Virus record (IMG/VR): IMGVR_UViG_3300038530_003368
Span: 1-34,158 of that record
DNA length: 34,158 nt
Reading direction: 5' to 3' (one strand)
DNA from: a virus
Taxonomy: Duplodnaviria; Caudoviricetes
The stretch's first letter is position 1. Every line of letters starts with the position of its first letter. The translations under genes and the position numbers were made by a program. The notes under the pieces are model-generated. The model ran no database searches, was not told the origin of the DNA, and saw only the letters and a list, made by a program, of their open reading frames with translations. Shown here in pieces: positions 1-8,925 of the stretch.

Positions 1-1115
1 GTAAGTTGAGTTGCATCAATATCTGTTGATTCTAATTCAACATTATAATCTATTTTTATTGGTGGAGTTTTGTCATCATTCGTTTGTCTCAAATCATATT
101 GAGAGGTTGTATTTCCAAAAATCAACCTATCTTTTATAAAATCTTGAGTTTTTGCAGTTAAAGGAACGTCATCAAATATTCTAAACAACTCATCAGCTGG
201 TAAAGCTTTAAATATTTTTTTGTTGGTAAATTGATATGTTTTAGTCATATCATCTCCAAAATCACTATCTGCTTTGTTTATGCTTTCAATTACATAAACG
301 GTATTTTGTTTAGCAAACTTAAAACATAAATCAATGTCAGTTACTCTTTTATCTCCAGTATTATATTGTATGTTGTAACCATTGTAAAGATTTACCATTC
401 CTTTGTTTTCCATGGTTCCAAAATCAAGTTTGAATGGTGAAGGATGAAACTGATAATTTGTAAAAGATGATAATGCTGAATATTGACCGTCTAAGTACTT
501 ATACCTGTAGGCAAATGCAAAAAAGTTTTCTTTTATAGAGTTTTCTGTTTTATCATTAGTAAAGAAAGGAGTAACTTGTGGGGCTTCAAATGGTGGCTTT
601 CTTATCAAAGAAATATCATCTTCTTCAAACCCATTTGGCCCATAAGATATAGCTCTCTCAATATTTACTAGTTTTGGTGAGTTTAAACCGTCTGTAAACA
701 ATAATATATTTTCTTTCTTACTTACATTATATATTACGTTACCATATACTTTGTGCATCACATCAAACTTCAATACGTTTGTAGCTGCCGCTCTTGTATC
801 CTCTAATATTGTTCTTTGAAAATTACTTTGTGTATCGTACTCGAAAACATAACTATGTCCAACATTGTTTACAACAAACCAATAAATTCTTTCTGTAGAT
901 TCGTCAGTAACACAACCTATAACTCTAGGAGAACCTGTAACACTTATGTTGCTTAGTTGTGTGTTTCCTTCTGTAGATTGAATTGCTCCAGCGTCACCAT
1001 CTGCGCTATTTACAACTCTGACATTTAAAGCGTCAATGTACTCTCCCTTTGGTACTATTCTTTCGTCGAAATCTTTATTCATTCGACCTGCGGAAAATAT
1101 ATTTTTTATCTTCAT
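1..1115 (-). CDS. Tail stabilisation/muzzle-like virion protein (P22 gp10-like, crAss-type), truncated by window edge
   Basis: Not in the ORF track. Manual translation from ATG at 1115 gives MKIKNIFSAGRMNKDFDERIVPKGEYIDALNVRV...FAYRYKYLDGQYSALS..., and the frame is open where checked down to the window start. The N-terminal motif and position after the ring proteins fit crAss-like stabilisation proteins. Confidence 0.7.
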   Translation of the reverse strand, partial: MKIKNIFSAGRMNKDFDERIVPKGEYIDALNVRVVNSADGDAGAIQSTEGNTQLSNISVTGSPRVIGCVTDESTERIYWFVVNNVGHSYVFEYDTQSNFQRTILEDTRAAATNVLKFDVMHKVYGNVIYNVSKKENILLFTDGLNSPKLVNIERAISYGPNGFEEDDISLIRKPPFEAPQVTPFFTNDKTENSIKENFFAFAYRYKYLDGQYSALSSFTNYQFHPSPFKLDFGTMENKGMVNLYNGYNIQYNTGDKRVTDIDLCFKFAKQNTVYVIESINKADSDFGDDMTKTYQFTNKKIFKALPADELFRIFDDVPLTAKTQDFIKDRLIFGNTTSQYDLRQTNDDKTPPIKIDYNVELESTDIDATQL

Positions 1116-1116
1116 G

Positions 1117-2004
1117 CTACTTTATCCACTTATTTTTACCCTTCAATAACTGGGTTAGTTCTCCAAGCTTTATAGAGTTGAGCCTTATCTTCGCGTTTCT
1201 AAGTGATGCTGAGGCTTGTTTTTGAGCTCTCCTTACAACAAACTCCTGAACTCCAAATTTACCTTTTAATATTGTGGAAACAAGGTAATCATACATAAAA
1301 GTTTCTGCAAGTTTGTGTATTTTTATTTCGCTTTCAGCATAACCATATAATCCATCTGAAACATATTCAATGACTATATTTTTACCTTTTAAATTTGAGC
1401 TAAATAAAACAAATCCTTGGTCTTTATCTATTAGATAGCTACCATTACCATTTGTCGTAGCTGGGTCTAAACCATATCTACCTCCAGCATGCTCTCTTGT
1501 CGGCTTATCTACATCACCCTCTGTTCCTTCTCTCCAGTTTTCTTCTACTACAGGCGTACCTCTCAAAGCATTATCATTGTTATCAAACAAAATGTTCTTG
1601 TGAACAGTACCGTCTTGTAAATATGATTTTGGTGTTGAGGAGTTAAAATTTTGATTTATAGTAAATATCATCCCATCTTCACTTACATACCCAACCTTCA
1701 CTAAACTAACAAAGTCGTGTGGTAGTGGTATTTTAAGAGTATCAGGAACCTCAAGTTCAAACCCTTGTATCTCTCTTAGAGCATCATAATGAAGCTCCTG
1801 TATAGCTCTCTTTGCGTGGAATATAACTTCATATCTCTCTACTTTATTTATTAGTTTATCATCCCCAACATAGGTTAGTAAAAAATTATTTATAATATCC
1901 TCTAGTAACATATACTGATAAGTCCCCCAATTGTCATAGGTTGGATTATCACCACTGTTAGTGTAATACTCTCTTTGCGTTATTGATTGTCCTATTGTCG
2001 GCAT
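1117..2004 (-). CDS. Virion structural protein, probable tail ring/tubular protein
   Basis: 295 aa, between the adaptor-like gene and the stabilisation gene; call by synteny. Confidence 0.55.
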   Translation of the reverse strand: MPTIGQSITQREYYTNSGDNPTYDNWGTYQYMLLEDIINNFLLTYVGDDKLINKVERYEVIFHAKRAIQELHYDALREIQGFELEVPDTLKIPLPHDFVSLVKVGYVSEDGMIFTINQNFNSSTPKSYLQDGTVHKNILFDNNDNALRGTPVVEENWREGTEGDVDKPTREHAGGRYGLDPATTNGNGSYLIDKDQGFVLFSSNLKGKNIVIEYVSDGLYGYAESEIKIHKLAETFMYDYLVSTILKGKFGVQEFVVRRAQKQASASLRNAKIRLNSIKLGELTQLLKGKNKWIK

Positions 2005-2006
2005 AA

Positions 2007-2759
2007 TTATGAATTATCTAGTTGTACTTCTTGTTGCTCCTTACCCTGCATAACAGTTACAACATCAGCCTCTCTTATTGCCAAACCAGCGTATCCACAA
2101 ATTTTAATAACTAAATCTATTTCATGCGCTTCTGATATTTCAAAAGGCGTACTTGTTGTTGAATTATAAACAGGGTCTCCTTGTATAGTGTTATACCCCC
2201 ATATTGGGTCATTTGGCTTCCTGATATAATTCATTATCAGTGGTATTTCGCTACCTTGTGGTGTTGATGCTGTATAGTTTATACTGAGAGGTCTAGCATA
2301 GATTCTCGAATCTTGCTGGTAATATATAGGGTATGTTAATGATGGCGTATTTAAGTTGCTATCAATAATCATATCAAATTTTACTTTCGGTATTTCTTCT
2401 AATACTTTTCCGTTATATGTTAAATTGATTAATCTGTAAAAATTATTTGGAAGGTTAAAATAATCTCTAGCTTCTCCGACACTCGCAACACCTCCGTCTT
2501 GTACGTCGTTATAAGTGAGTGTTGCTGAGGTTGAAAAAACATCAATTTTATTTCGAGTTTGTGCTACTATATCTCCATAACCTAATGCTCTTTTTCTTGT
2601 ATTTTGAAGTTGCGTTTGTCTCGCATAATCTCCAAAATATGATTCAAATATTTCTAGTTGAGCTAATTTAGCATATTGATTATACTCTAGTGGTGATATA
2701 TACCCTCTATTATCTTTATTTAATAAAAACAATACTGTGTTTCTTACGCTGTTAATCAT
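2007..2759 (-). CDS. Head-tail adaptor/ring protein (putative)
   Basis: 250 aa with NKDNRGYISPLEYN, LPNNFYRL and YIRKPNDP motifs typical of P22 gp4-like ring proteins; lies downstream of the MCP. Confidence 0.55.
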   Translation of the reverse strand: MINSVRNTVLFLLNKDNRGYISPLEYNQYAKLAQLEIFESYFGDYARQTQLQNTRKRALGYGDIVAQTRNKIDVFSTSATLTYNDVQDGGVASVGEARDYFNLPNNFYRLINLTYNGKVLEEIPKVKFDMIIDSNLNTPSLTYPIYYQQDSRIYARPLSINYTASTPQGSEIPLIMNYIRKPNDPIWGYNTIQGDPVYNSTTSTPFEISEAHEIDLVIKICGYAGLAIREADVVTVMQGKEQQEVQLDNS

Positions 2760-2773
2760 GAGTATATTTTTTA

Positions 2774-2781
2774 CAAAAATA
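2774..2781 (-). promoter_or_regulatory. Bacteroidota-type -7 promoter element TATTTTTG
   Basis: Matches TAnnTTTG, 14 nt upstream of the ATG at 2759 and directly after a terminator. Confidence 0.6.
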
Positions 2782-2783
2782 AT

Positions 2784-2812
2784 AAAAAAAGGGGCTCAAT
2801 AAATGAGACCCC
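2784..2812 (-). terminator. Intrinsic terminator
   Basis: - strand GGGGTCTCA-TTTAT-TGAGCCCC (one bulge) followed by T7. Confidence 0.75.
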
Positions 2813-2841
2813 TCTTTACCCTTCCACGGTTTCTTCTAGTT

Positions 2842-3618
2842 TTATAACTTATTGGTAATGTTTTGCATTACATCTAAACCTTCGTCTGTCTTAAAAAACA
2901 AAGCTAAAGCTGAATATACGTTCTCTCCAAAAGGAGCTACCATTACTGTTTTGTTTTTTTCTCCAGCCCAAACTACTGTCCTTTGGTCTCCTTTTAAAAT
3001 TAAAATTCCTTCTTCAATAGCTCTAACTGCTAGGTTTCTTAACTTAAGATTTTCATCGTTCAATAAATTATTAAACTCGACAGGGTTATTTCTAGCATAT
3101 ATAATCATATCTCTCCTTAACTCTGAAGATGTTAAATTGCTAACCCCTGACTTCATAACTACTCTTGCGATAGCTTCTAAGTCACTAATATCCAAGTCTT
3201 TTGCTGCTACTTGCGCATCTAGAGAAGATGTTAAATCTTCTACTTGTTTGTTTGCGTCTCTTTCTGCATCAAACTCATAAAACTTCTGATTGAAATCTGG
3301 ATGTAAATACAAAAACTTTACAAGATTTGAGTTGTATTCTTGCACCATTAATTTACCATCTTCAAAGATTATTGGTTCAACTGTAGCCAAACCATCTTGC
3401 TCATCAACAAAAGGACTCGTCTGATTAGTAGCCCATCTAAGAGCTCTATTCATACTGCCGTCAAAATATAAAAGAGGTTTTGAATTTGAATGTTTTACAG
3501 GTAACATAAACCTTAGTGGTCTTTTGTTTCCGTGTAATAGAAATATTCTAGGTTTTATTTCTAGGTTTGGGTAAACTGTTTCATACCCATACTTTTGTTT
3601 ACTATTTGCTTTTGCCAT
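2842..3618 (-). CDS. Hypothetical phage protein downstream of MCP
   Basis: 258 aa ORF with an AT-rich start context; no recognisable motif. Confidence 0.6.
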   Translation of the reverse strand: MAKANSKQKYGYETVYPNLEIKPRIFLLHGNKRPLRFMLPVKHSNSKPLLYFDGSMNRALRWATNQTSPFVDEQDGLATVEPIIFEDGKLMVQEYNSNLVKFLYLHPDFNQKFYEFDAERDANKQVEDLTSSLDAQVAAKDLDISDLEAIARVVMKSGVSNLTSSELRRDMIIYARNNPVEFNNLLNDENLKLRNLAVRAIEEGILILKGDQRTVVWAGEKNKTVMVAPFGENVYSALALFFKTDEGLDVMQNITNKL

Positions 3619-3640
3619 TTTATTAAAATTAAATTAAATT

Positions 3641-3675
3641 AAAAAGAGAATAGGGAGCCGAAGCTCCCCTATCTC
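3641..3675 (-). terminator. Intrinsic terminator after the major capsid gene
   Basis: - strand GAGATAGGGGAGC-TTCG-GCTCCCTATTCTC-TTTTT, with a cUUCGg tetraloop. Confidence 0.85.
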
Positions 3676-3683
3676 ACTAAATA

Positions 3684-5075
3684 TTACTGCATTAAGATGA
3701 AGTTATTTGCCCCCATCGTAACAAGACATCTCTCTGATAAGAAGTGTACTTGCATTGCATCTAAGTCACTACTCATACCAGCAGAACCAGCAGAACCTGT
3801 TACCCAGTTTTTATACTTTCTGTCTTCAGATGCAGATTGTCTGTATCTTACGTGTAAGAAAGGTCTCTGAGCGTTTTGTCCAAGTACTTGGTCATAAACT
3901 GTCATAGTACCAGCAGGTACAATAATACCATCAACACCACCAATGTTACCTCTTGTAGAAGCATCATTTAGGTATTTCCAGTCACTCTTATAAAAGTCAT
4001 ATCCAATTCTAAATCCAGAGAATCCAAGATTTAATGCCATGTCTTCGTCATTGTCAAATAAACCATAAGAAGCTCCTGAAGAACCAAAGTTGTTCTGAGC
4101 TGCTAATACTTTATCAATGTCGAATCCTGTTCCTCTATTGACGAACATTACATTCTCTTGAATTGCACCTTCTTTGTCTAAAACTTTTGCAATATCTTCT
4201 AAGTCTAATCTAGCGTCGATTGTACCAGAAGTTACATTACCATTGTTTTCTACTTCATAGAAAAGACCTTTAGTACCTTTGAATCCAGCTGATGCAGCAG
4301 CAGAACCTGACGCAGCAGGAACACCTTCAACCATAGCTAATTCCATATAGTCTTCGAATCTTAATCTACTTTCATGCTCTGATTTCAAATACCAAAGGTA
4401 TCCAGAAGCACCGTTTTCAGTTGTTACCTCAACCCATCCAATGTGAGCTAATTCAGAACCAGAAACTTCATACTTCTCTTTTAAGATGATAGGATTGTTT
4501 TCCTTCGCTGCGAAATCTGCATCGTAAGAGCCATCCATACCATTTGTTCCTTTTTTGAATTCAGAACCATATACGAACATAGAAACTGCGTCAGAAGCTG
4601 TGAAGCCACCAACCGCAACTAATGTCGCTAAATTTAAACAAGCAACATCAACAGCGTCAGCAGCAGAAGCGTCAGTTACAATTGCGTGTAACGTAGGCCC
4701 TGTGCCATCAGTTTTCTTAATGATAATTGTTTGTCCATTTCTAAATTTGTGTGCAGTTACAGCTAACGTGTTACCGTCTGTGACAGTACCTGTAGCTAAA
4801 ATATGCAACCTTCCTTGCTCACTCCACTTTATTAAGTCTGAAGAACAAGGTAGCTCAGCGCTTACCATTCTTAAAAAAGAAGCTACAGAACGATTTCCAT
4901 ATTTTTCAAACTCCTTCTCATATAAGTCAGGTAAGTATTGTTGAGCAAACGTGTAATCACTACTCCCTAAGTAAGATTTCTGTAGTACAGATTTTACTGG
5001 AGCAGGCGTAAGCGAAGTAGAACCACCGACATTTGATATCGATGAACTACCGTCAAAATTAATACTTTGTGCCAT
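3684..5075 (-). CDS. Major capsid protein
   Basis: 463 aa, after portal and scaffold and followed by a strong terminator. Motifs WSEQGRLH, GSEFKKGT, GYLWYLKSE and FLSERCLV are typical of crAss-like/flavophage HK97-fold capsids. Confidence 0.85.
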   Translation of the reverse strand: MAQSINFDGSSSISNVGGSTSLTPAPVKSVLQKSYLGSSDYTFAQQYLPDLYEKEFEKYGNRSVASFLRMVSAELPCSSDLIKWSEQGRLHILATGTVTDGNTLAVTAHKFRNGQTIIIKKTDGTGPTLHAIVTDASAADAVDVACLNLATLVAVGGFTASDAVSMFVYGSEFKKGTNGMDGSYDADFAAKENNPIILKEKYEVSGSELAHIGWVEVTTENGASGYLWYLKSEHESRLRFEDYMELAMVEGVPAASGSAAASAGFKGTKGLFYEVENNGNVTSGTIDARLDLEDIAKVLDKEGAIQENVMFVNRGTGFDIDKVLAAQNNFGSSGASYGLFDNDEDMALNLGFSGFRIGYDFYKSDWKYLNDASTRGNIGGVDGIIVPAGTMTVYDQVLGQNAQRPFLHVRYRQSASEDRKYKNWVTGSAGSAGMSSDLDAMQVHFLSERCLVTMGANNFILMQ

Positions 5076-5100
5076 TTTAAATAATTTTTAATGTTTATAC

Positions 5101-6255
5101 TTATTTCCTAATTTTCAAACCACCGCTAAAATCATTAGAATCTTGTAAGACTCTAAATTTCGGCCCTGGTTTAGATGCTTCTACATTTGTTCGAACATTC
5201 ATATCAACATTTTTGCCGTCTCTAACTACGTCGTTAACCGCATCTGCTTTGCCTTGCTCATAAAAGAACTTAGCGTAGCTTTCTGGGTTCATAGCCATTG
5301 AAAGCGCTGTATGATATTCTTTAGCCTTAACTAAATTTCCATCTTTATCTAAGTATTTTGAAATAAAATTACTTAGGTCGGATTGAGCATTTACTGTTTC
5401 TTCAATGTTTTTTGGTTTATAAAATAATTTTTTATCACCCATTTTAAATTCAAAACCTTTGAATTCATCATTGAAATACGATTTCGTATTTTTAGTGAAC
5501 AGCTCTCTACTCTTTTCTTCTTTAGCCTTAGCTCTAGTAGACTCATCACTATATTGCTTATAAAAATCTAAAGCTTTTTTATAATTTTCAGGAACATTCT
5601 CGGCACTTGACTCAAGAGGAGCATGGTATTTATCCTTTACATTACTAAAGTATTCTTTAGCTTTTCGCAATTCTTTTTTCATAGCTAGAATTTTACCTCG
5701 CTTTACATTTTCTTCATCATCTTTTTGATAGCCAAATTCTTGACCCATAAGATAATTTATGTCATCCGTTGAGTATTCTGGATTTACTTGCGCCATATAA
5801 TGACCTATTAAATCTATGTCACTCATCTTTGAATAATCTTTTTGTGCAGCGACAAAGTCAGCCATACCTCTTTTCGTGTCGTTTTTGTACGCAAGGTATT
5901 TTTGAACTTCTTCTGGTAATTCTACCTTATCTTCTTTATTTGAAAGAACGTCTTTTAATTGAGCTTCATCCATATTATATGTGGATGATAAATACTCTTT
6001 TATAATTTTTTCTTTATCCGTGAGGTCTCTTTCTTCAGCCTTTACTTCTTCCTGTGTTTCTTCAGGTTTCTTTTCTTCTTCAGCTACTTCTTCTTTTACC
6101 TCTACGTTTTCTTCAGCCTCATCCTTAACTTCTTCCTTGACTTCTTTTTTGGATTTAGCTTCTTCTTCTTTTTTTGCTTGATGCTGCTCTTGAATTTCTT
6201 CAGGAGTTTTAGTCAAGTCTACTTTGAAGTCAACTTTTTCTTGATTTTCACTCAT
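5101..6255 (-). CDS. Capsid scaffolding-like protein
   Basis: 384 aa, Glu/Lys-rich low-complexity N-terminus, helical, between portal and MCP. Confidence 0.6.
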   Translation of the reverse strand: MSENQEKVDFKVDLTKTPEEIQEQHQAKKEEEAKSKKEVKEEVKDEAEENVEVKEEVAEEEKKPEETQEEVKAEERDLTDKEKIIKEYLSSTYNMDEAQLKDVLSNKEDKVELPEEVQKYLAYKNDTKRGMADFVAAQKDYSKMSDIDLIGHYMAQVNPEYSTDDINYLMGQEFGYQKDDEENVKRGKILAMKKELRKAKEYFSNVKDKYHAPLESSAENVPENYKKALDFYKQYSDESTRAKAKEEKSRELFTKNTKSYFNDEFKGFEFKMGDKKLFYKPKNIEETVNAQSDLSNFISKYLDKDGNLVKAKEYHTALSMAMNPESYAKFFYEQGKADAVNDVVRDGKNVDMNVRTNVEASKPGPKFRVLQDSNDFSGGLKIRK

Positions 6256-6277
6256 AGTTGATTAAATTAAATTATTA

Positions 6278-6285
6278 CAAATTTA
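6278..6285 (-). promoter_or_regulatory. -7 promoter element TAAATTTG
   Basis: TAnnTTTG in the short gap upstream of the scaffold-MCP unit. Confidence 0.6.
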
Positions 6286-6295
6286 TATAAAATTT

Positions 6296-8920
6296 TTACA
6301 TGTTTTGGCCACCCTGTAGTTTAGTCAAAAGTGTTGCTAAACCGCCTTCTTCTTGCTTTGGTGACATCATAGCTTGTGGTGCTTGAGGTTCCATATTTTG
6401 CGGTTGTTCTTCAGGTATAGGCATTGGATTGTTATTATTACTAGGCATCATCATTGGTTTCTTGTCTTGTGCGCCAATTAGATTTAATCCTGCTGGCCCA
6501 AACATATTACCTTTAGATGTCAGTTGTTCTACTTTTGTTTTTTTCTTTGCAAAGTCTTTTGGTGGAAGATTTTGTTTTCTTTGCGAAATCATCTCACTTT
6601 GCTGAGTTGCTTGCATTTGAGTTCTTTTATCTTTTCTATCTTCTTTTGACGCTTCTCTTTTCTTGAGATTCTTAGAATCTACGTTTCTAAGCTGCATATC
6701 ATACTCAAACTTTAACTTCATCATTTCTGCTTCTTTTTTCGCTTCTGCCTCCATTTTCTGCATATCAAGTTGCGCTTTTAATTGTAAAAGCTCCGCTTCA
6801 CCTTTAGTTTTCATTTGTTCCTCCTGCATTCTACCTTGTGAAGCAGCTTGTGCTGATTGTTGATTAGCTTTAGCTTGCATCTGAATATTCATTTGCTGTT
6901 TCTTCATATCAGCTTTTTCTTTTCTACTTTTTCTAATTTTTAACAATTGGTTTGCTAAAGAGAAGTTTTTCACCTCTCTAACATCTATTGCGTCAGAAAA
7001 ATCTATCATTTTTGCGGCTATAGCTTGTTGTAAGTTGTTTTCGAGAATTTGCTTTTCTTCTTCATCTGGCTCTAATTCAATATATATACCAAAGTCATGA
7101 AGATGCATGTTTTCCATTTCCGCTATAAGTTCCATATTATTCTTACCAATCATTCGTGTAAAGTCTTCAACAAAATCTGAATACATAAGTATATCGCTAA
7201 TTCTGCAAGACATTGCTTCACACAATCTTTTTGTTAAGGATACACCTGAATGTAACACATGTCTTGTGGCTGTGTTAGAATTTAATGCAGCTAGTTTTTG
7301 TACACCAACTAATGCATTTTTATCAGGCATACTACCGTCTCTTGCCTCATTAATACCAGTTACAGAACGTATCATGTTTAATTGATAATTATACATAGTT
7401 ATTAAGCTGTTGATTTTTGCATTAGAACCACTGCTTGTTAATTCTTGTATAGGGACTCTAGCGTTATTAAATTCACCATCTTCAGTATAGCTTCTACCTA
7501 TAACAGAACCTGTTTGGAAATACATAGATAAAGCTTCTGATGGATTATATGAAGCTCCATTACCTAAATCTACACTATTCAAACCATCTGCATCTATAAA
7601 TACACCATCTGGTATCATTTTAGACACTACTTGTTGTAATTTTAAATGGACAAGCTGTATTTGGTCTGCAAAAGGTATCATTCTTTTTACTAAAGAATCA
7701 ATATGTCCCTTATCCATTTTGATTGCATTAACTAAATATGGTGGTATCGTTTGTTGAAAAGCTGATTTTGGTCGAACCATGTTTGACATTAACTGCCATT
7801 TTAGTATTCGGTTTGTTCCTAAAACCATAACACCTTCATACCAAACATCTATTCTTCTTGCTACTCTATCAAATCTTGCCTGAGCTGTTGCTGGTGGATT
7901 AAAATCAGCATCTTTTTTTAGTGCTTTTTCACCACCATTCATAGTCTTTTTAACTTTATAAATAATTTCTTTATCGGTTTTGTAACAAAAATAAAGCAAC
8001 GATACGTTTGATTTGTCCAAACCACTGTTGGTCTGTAAGTTTATTGTGCTTCTATAACCATCATGTCTTCCAGCAATTTTAGATATTTCTTCTATTTCTT
8101 CTTGTGTAAGATTTGGATTTATTTTTTTTATTTCATTTATGTGCACAGATTTAACCTCTCCGAAGTAATAGCAATCTCTAAAGTTTGGGTCTTCTGTTTG
8201 CGAGTATACAAGATTTATAGGGTCTACATATTCTATTTTTACACCATCATGAACATCAAAAGAATGTTTTACCGCTGAAATACCTAACACAACATTATCT
8301 TCGTCAACCCTTCTTTTAATCTCATCGTAGTTGTTTAGTTCTAATAAGGTGTTTATTGCTGTTTCTTGCGCTATTTCAACACCTTGCTTAAACCTTAGCT
8401 TCATGTATAGGTTTAATTCTTCATCTGACTGTGGAAGCATTTCTTCATCAAAGTTAAATGCATTCACCCCAGTTTTTTCTTTTAGCATATTAAGCATTGG
8501 TGCTGCAAGCATATCTGCTCTTACTTCTTGCTTGAAGTTTTGCCTTACAACACTAGAAAGCTCGTCAATTGCTTCTACATCTACTTTTAAAAGTCTATTA
8601 GAAATACCGTTTACAACTATGTCAACGAATTTTGGTATGATAGGGACTGGTGTCCAGTCAAGATTAAGGTATGACAAATCACCATTAATAGCTAGTTCGT
8701 TTTTATACTTTTCTATTGGTTGTTTTCCACGTGCATACAATCTCCTTTTTAGATATTCGGAACGAACCTCTCCATAAGACGAACTACCATAGTCATTTGA
8801 GAACCATTCTGACTCAATTGCTTGGCCTACTCTTAGTCCGTACTCTAAAGATGCTTTTTGCTCATCAGGAGCGAATTGATTTGGGAAACCACCACCTCCA
8901 CTATATTTGTTTTTATTCAT
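6296..8920 (-). CDS. Portal protein
   Basis: 874 aa directly after TerL; LDWTPVPIIPKFVD and VTGINEARDG motifs; long C-terminal coiled coil. Confidence 0.85.
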   Translation of the reverse strand: MNKNKYSGGGGFPNQFAPDEQKASLEYGLRVGQAIESEWFSNDYGSSSYGEVRSEYLKRRLYARGKQPIEKYKNELAINGDLSYLNLDWTPVPIIPKFVDIVVNGISNRLLKVDVEAIDELSSVVRQNFKQEVRADMLAAPMLNMLKEKTGVNAFNFDEEMLPQSDEELNLYMKLRFKQGVEIAQETAINTLLELNNYDEIKRRVDEDNVVLGISAVKHSFDVHDGVKIEYVDPINLVYSQTEDPNFRDCYYFGEVKSVHINEIKKINPNLTQEEIEEISKIAGRHDGYRSTINLQTNSGLDKSNVSLLYFCYKTDKEIIYKVKKTMNGGEKALKKDADFNPPATAQARFDRVARRIDVWYEGVMVLGTNRILKWQLMSNMVRPKSAFQQTIPPYLVNAIKMDKGHIDSLVKRMIPFADQIQLVHLKLQQVVSKMIPDGVFIDADGLNSVDLGNGASYNPSEALSMYFQTGSVIGRSYTEDGEFNNARVPIQELTSSGSNAKINSLITMYNYQLNMIRSVTGINEARDGSMPDKNALVGVQKLAALNSNTATRHVLHSGVSLTKRLCEAMSCRISDILMYSDFVEDFTRMIGKNNMELIAEMENMHLHDFGIYIELEPDEEEKQILENNLQQAIAAKMIDFSDAIDVREVKNFSLANQLLKIRKSRKEKADMKKQQMNIQMQAKANQQSAQAASQGRMQEEQMKTKGEAELLQLKAQLDMQKMEAEAKKEAEMMKLKFEYDMQLRNVDSKNLKKREASKEDRKDKRTQMQATQQSEMISQRKQNLPPKDFAKKKTKVEQLTSKGNMFGPAGLNLIGAQDKKPMMMPSNNNNPMPIPEEQPQNMEPQAPQAMMSPKQEEGGLATLLTKLQGGQNM

Positions 8921-8925
8921 ATAAG

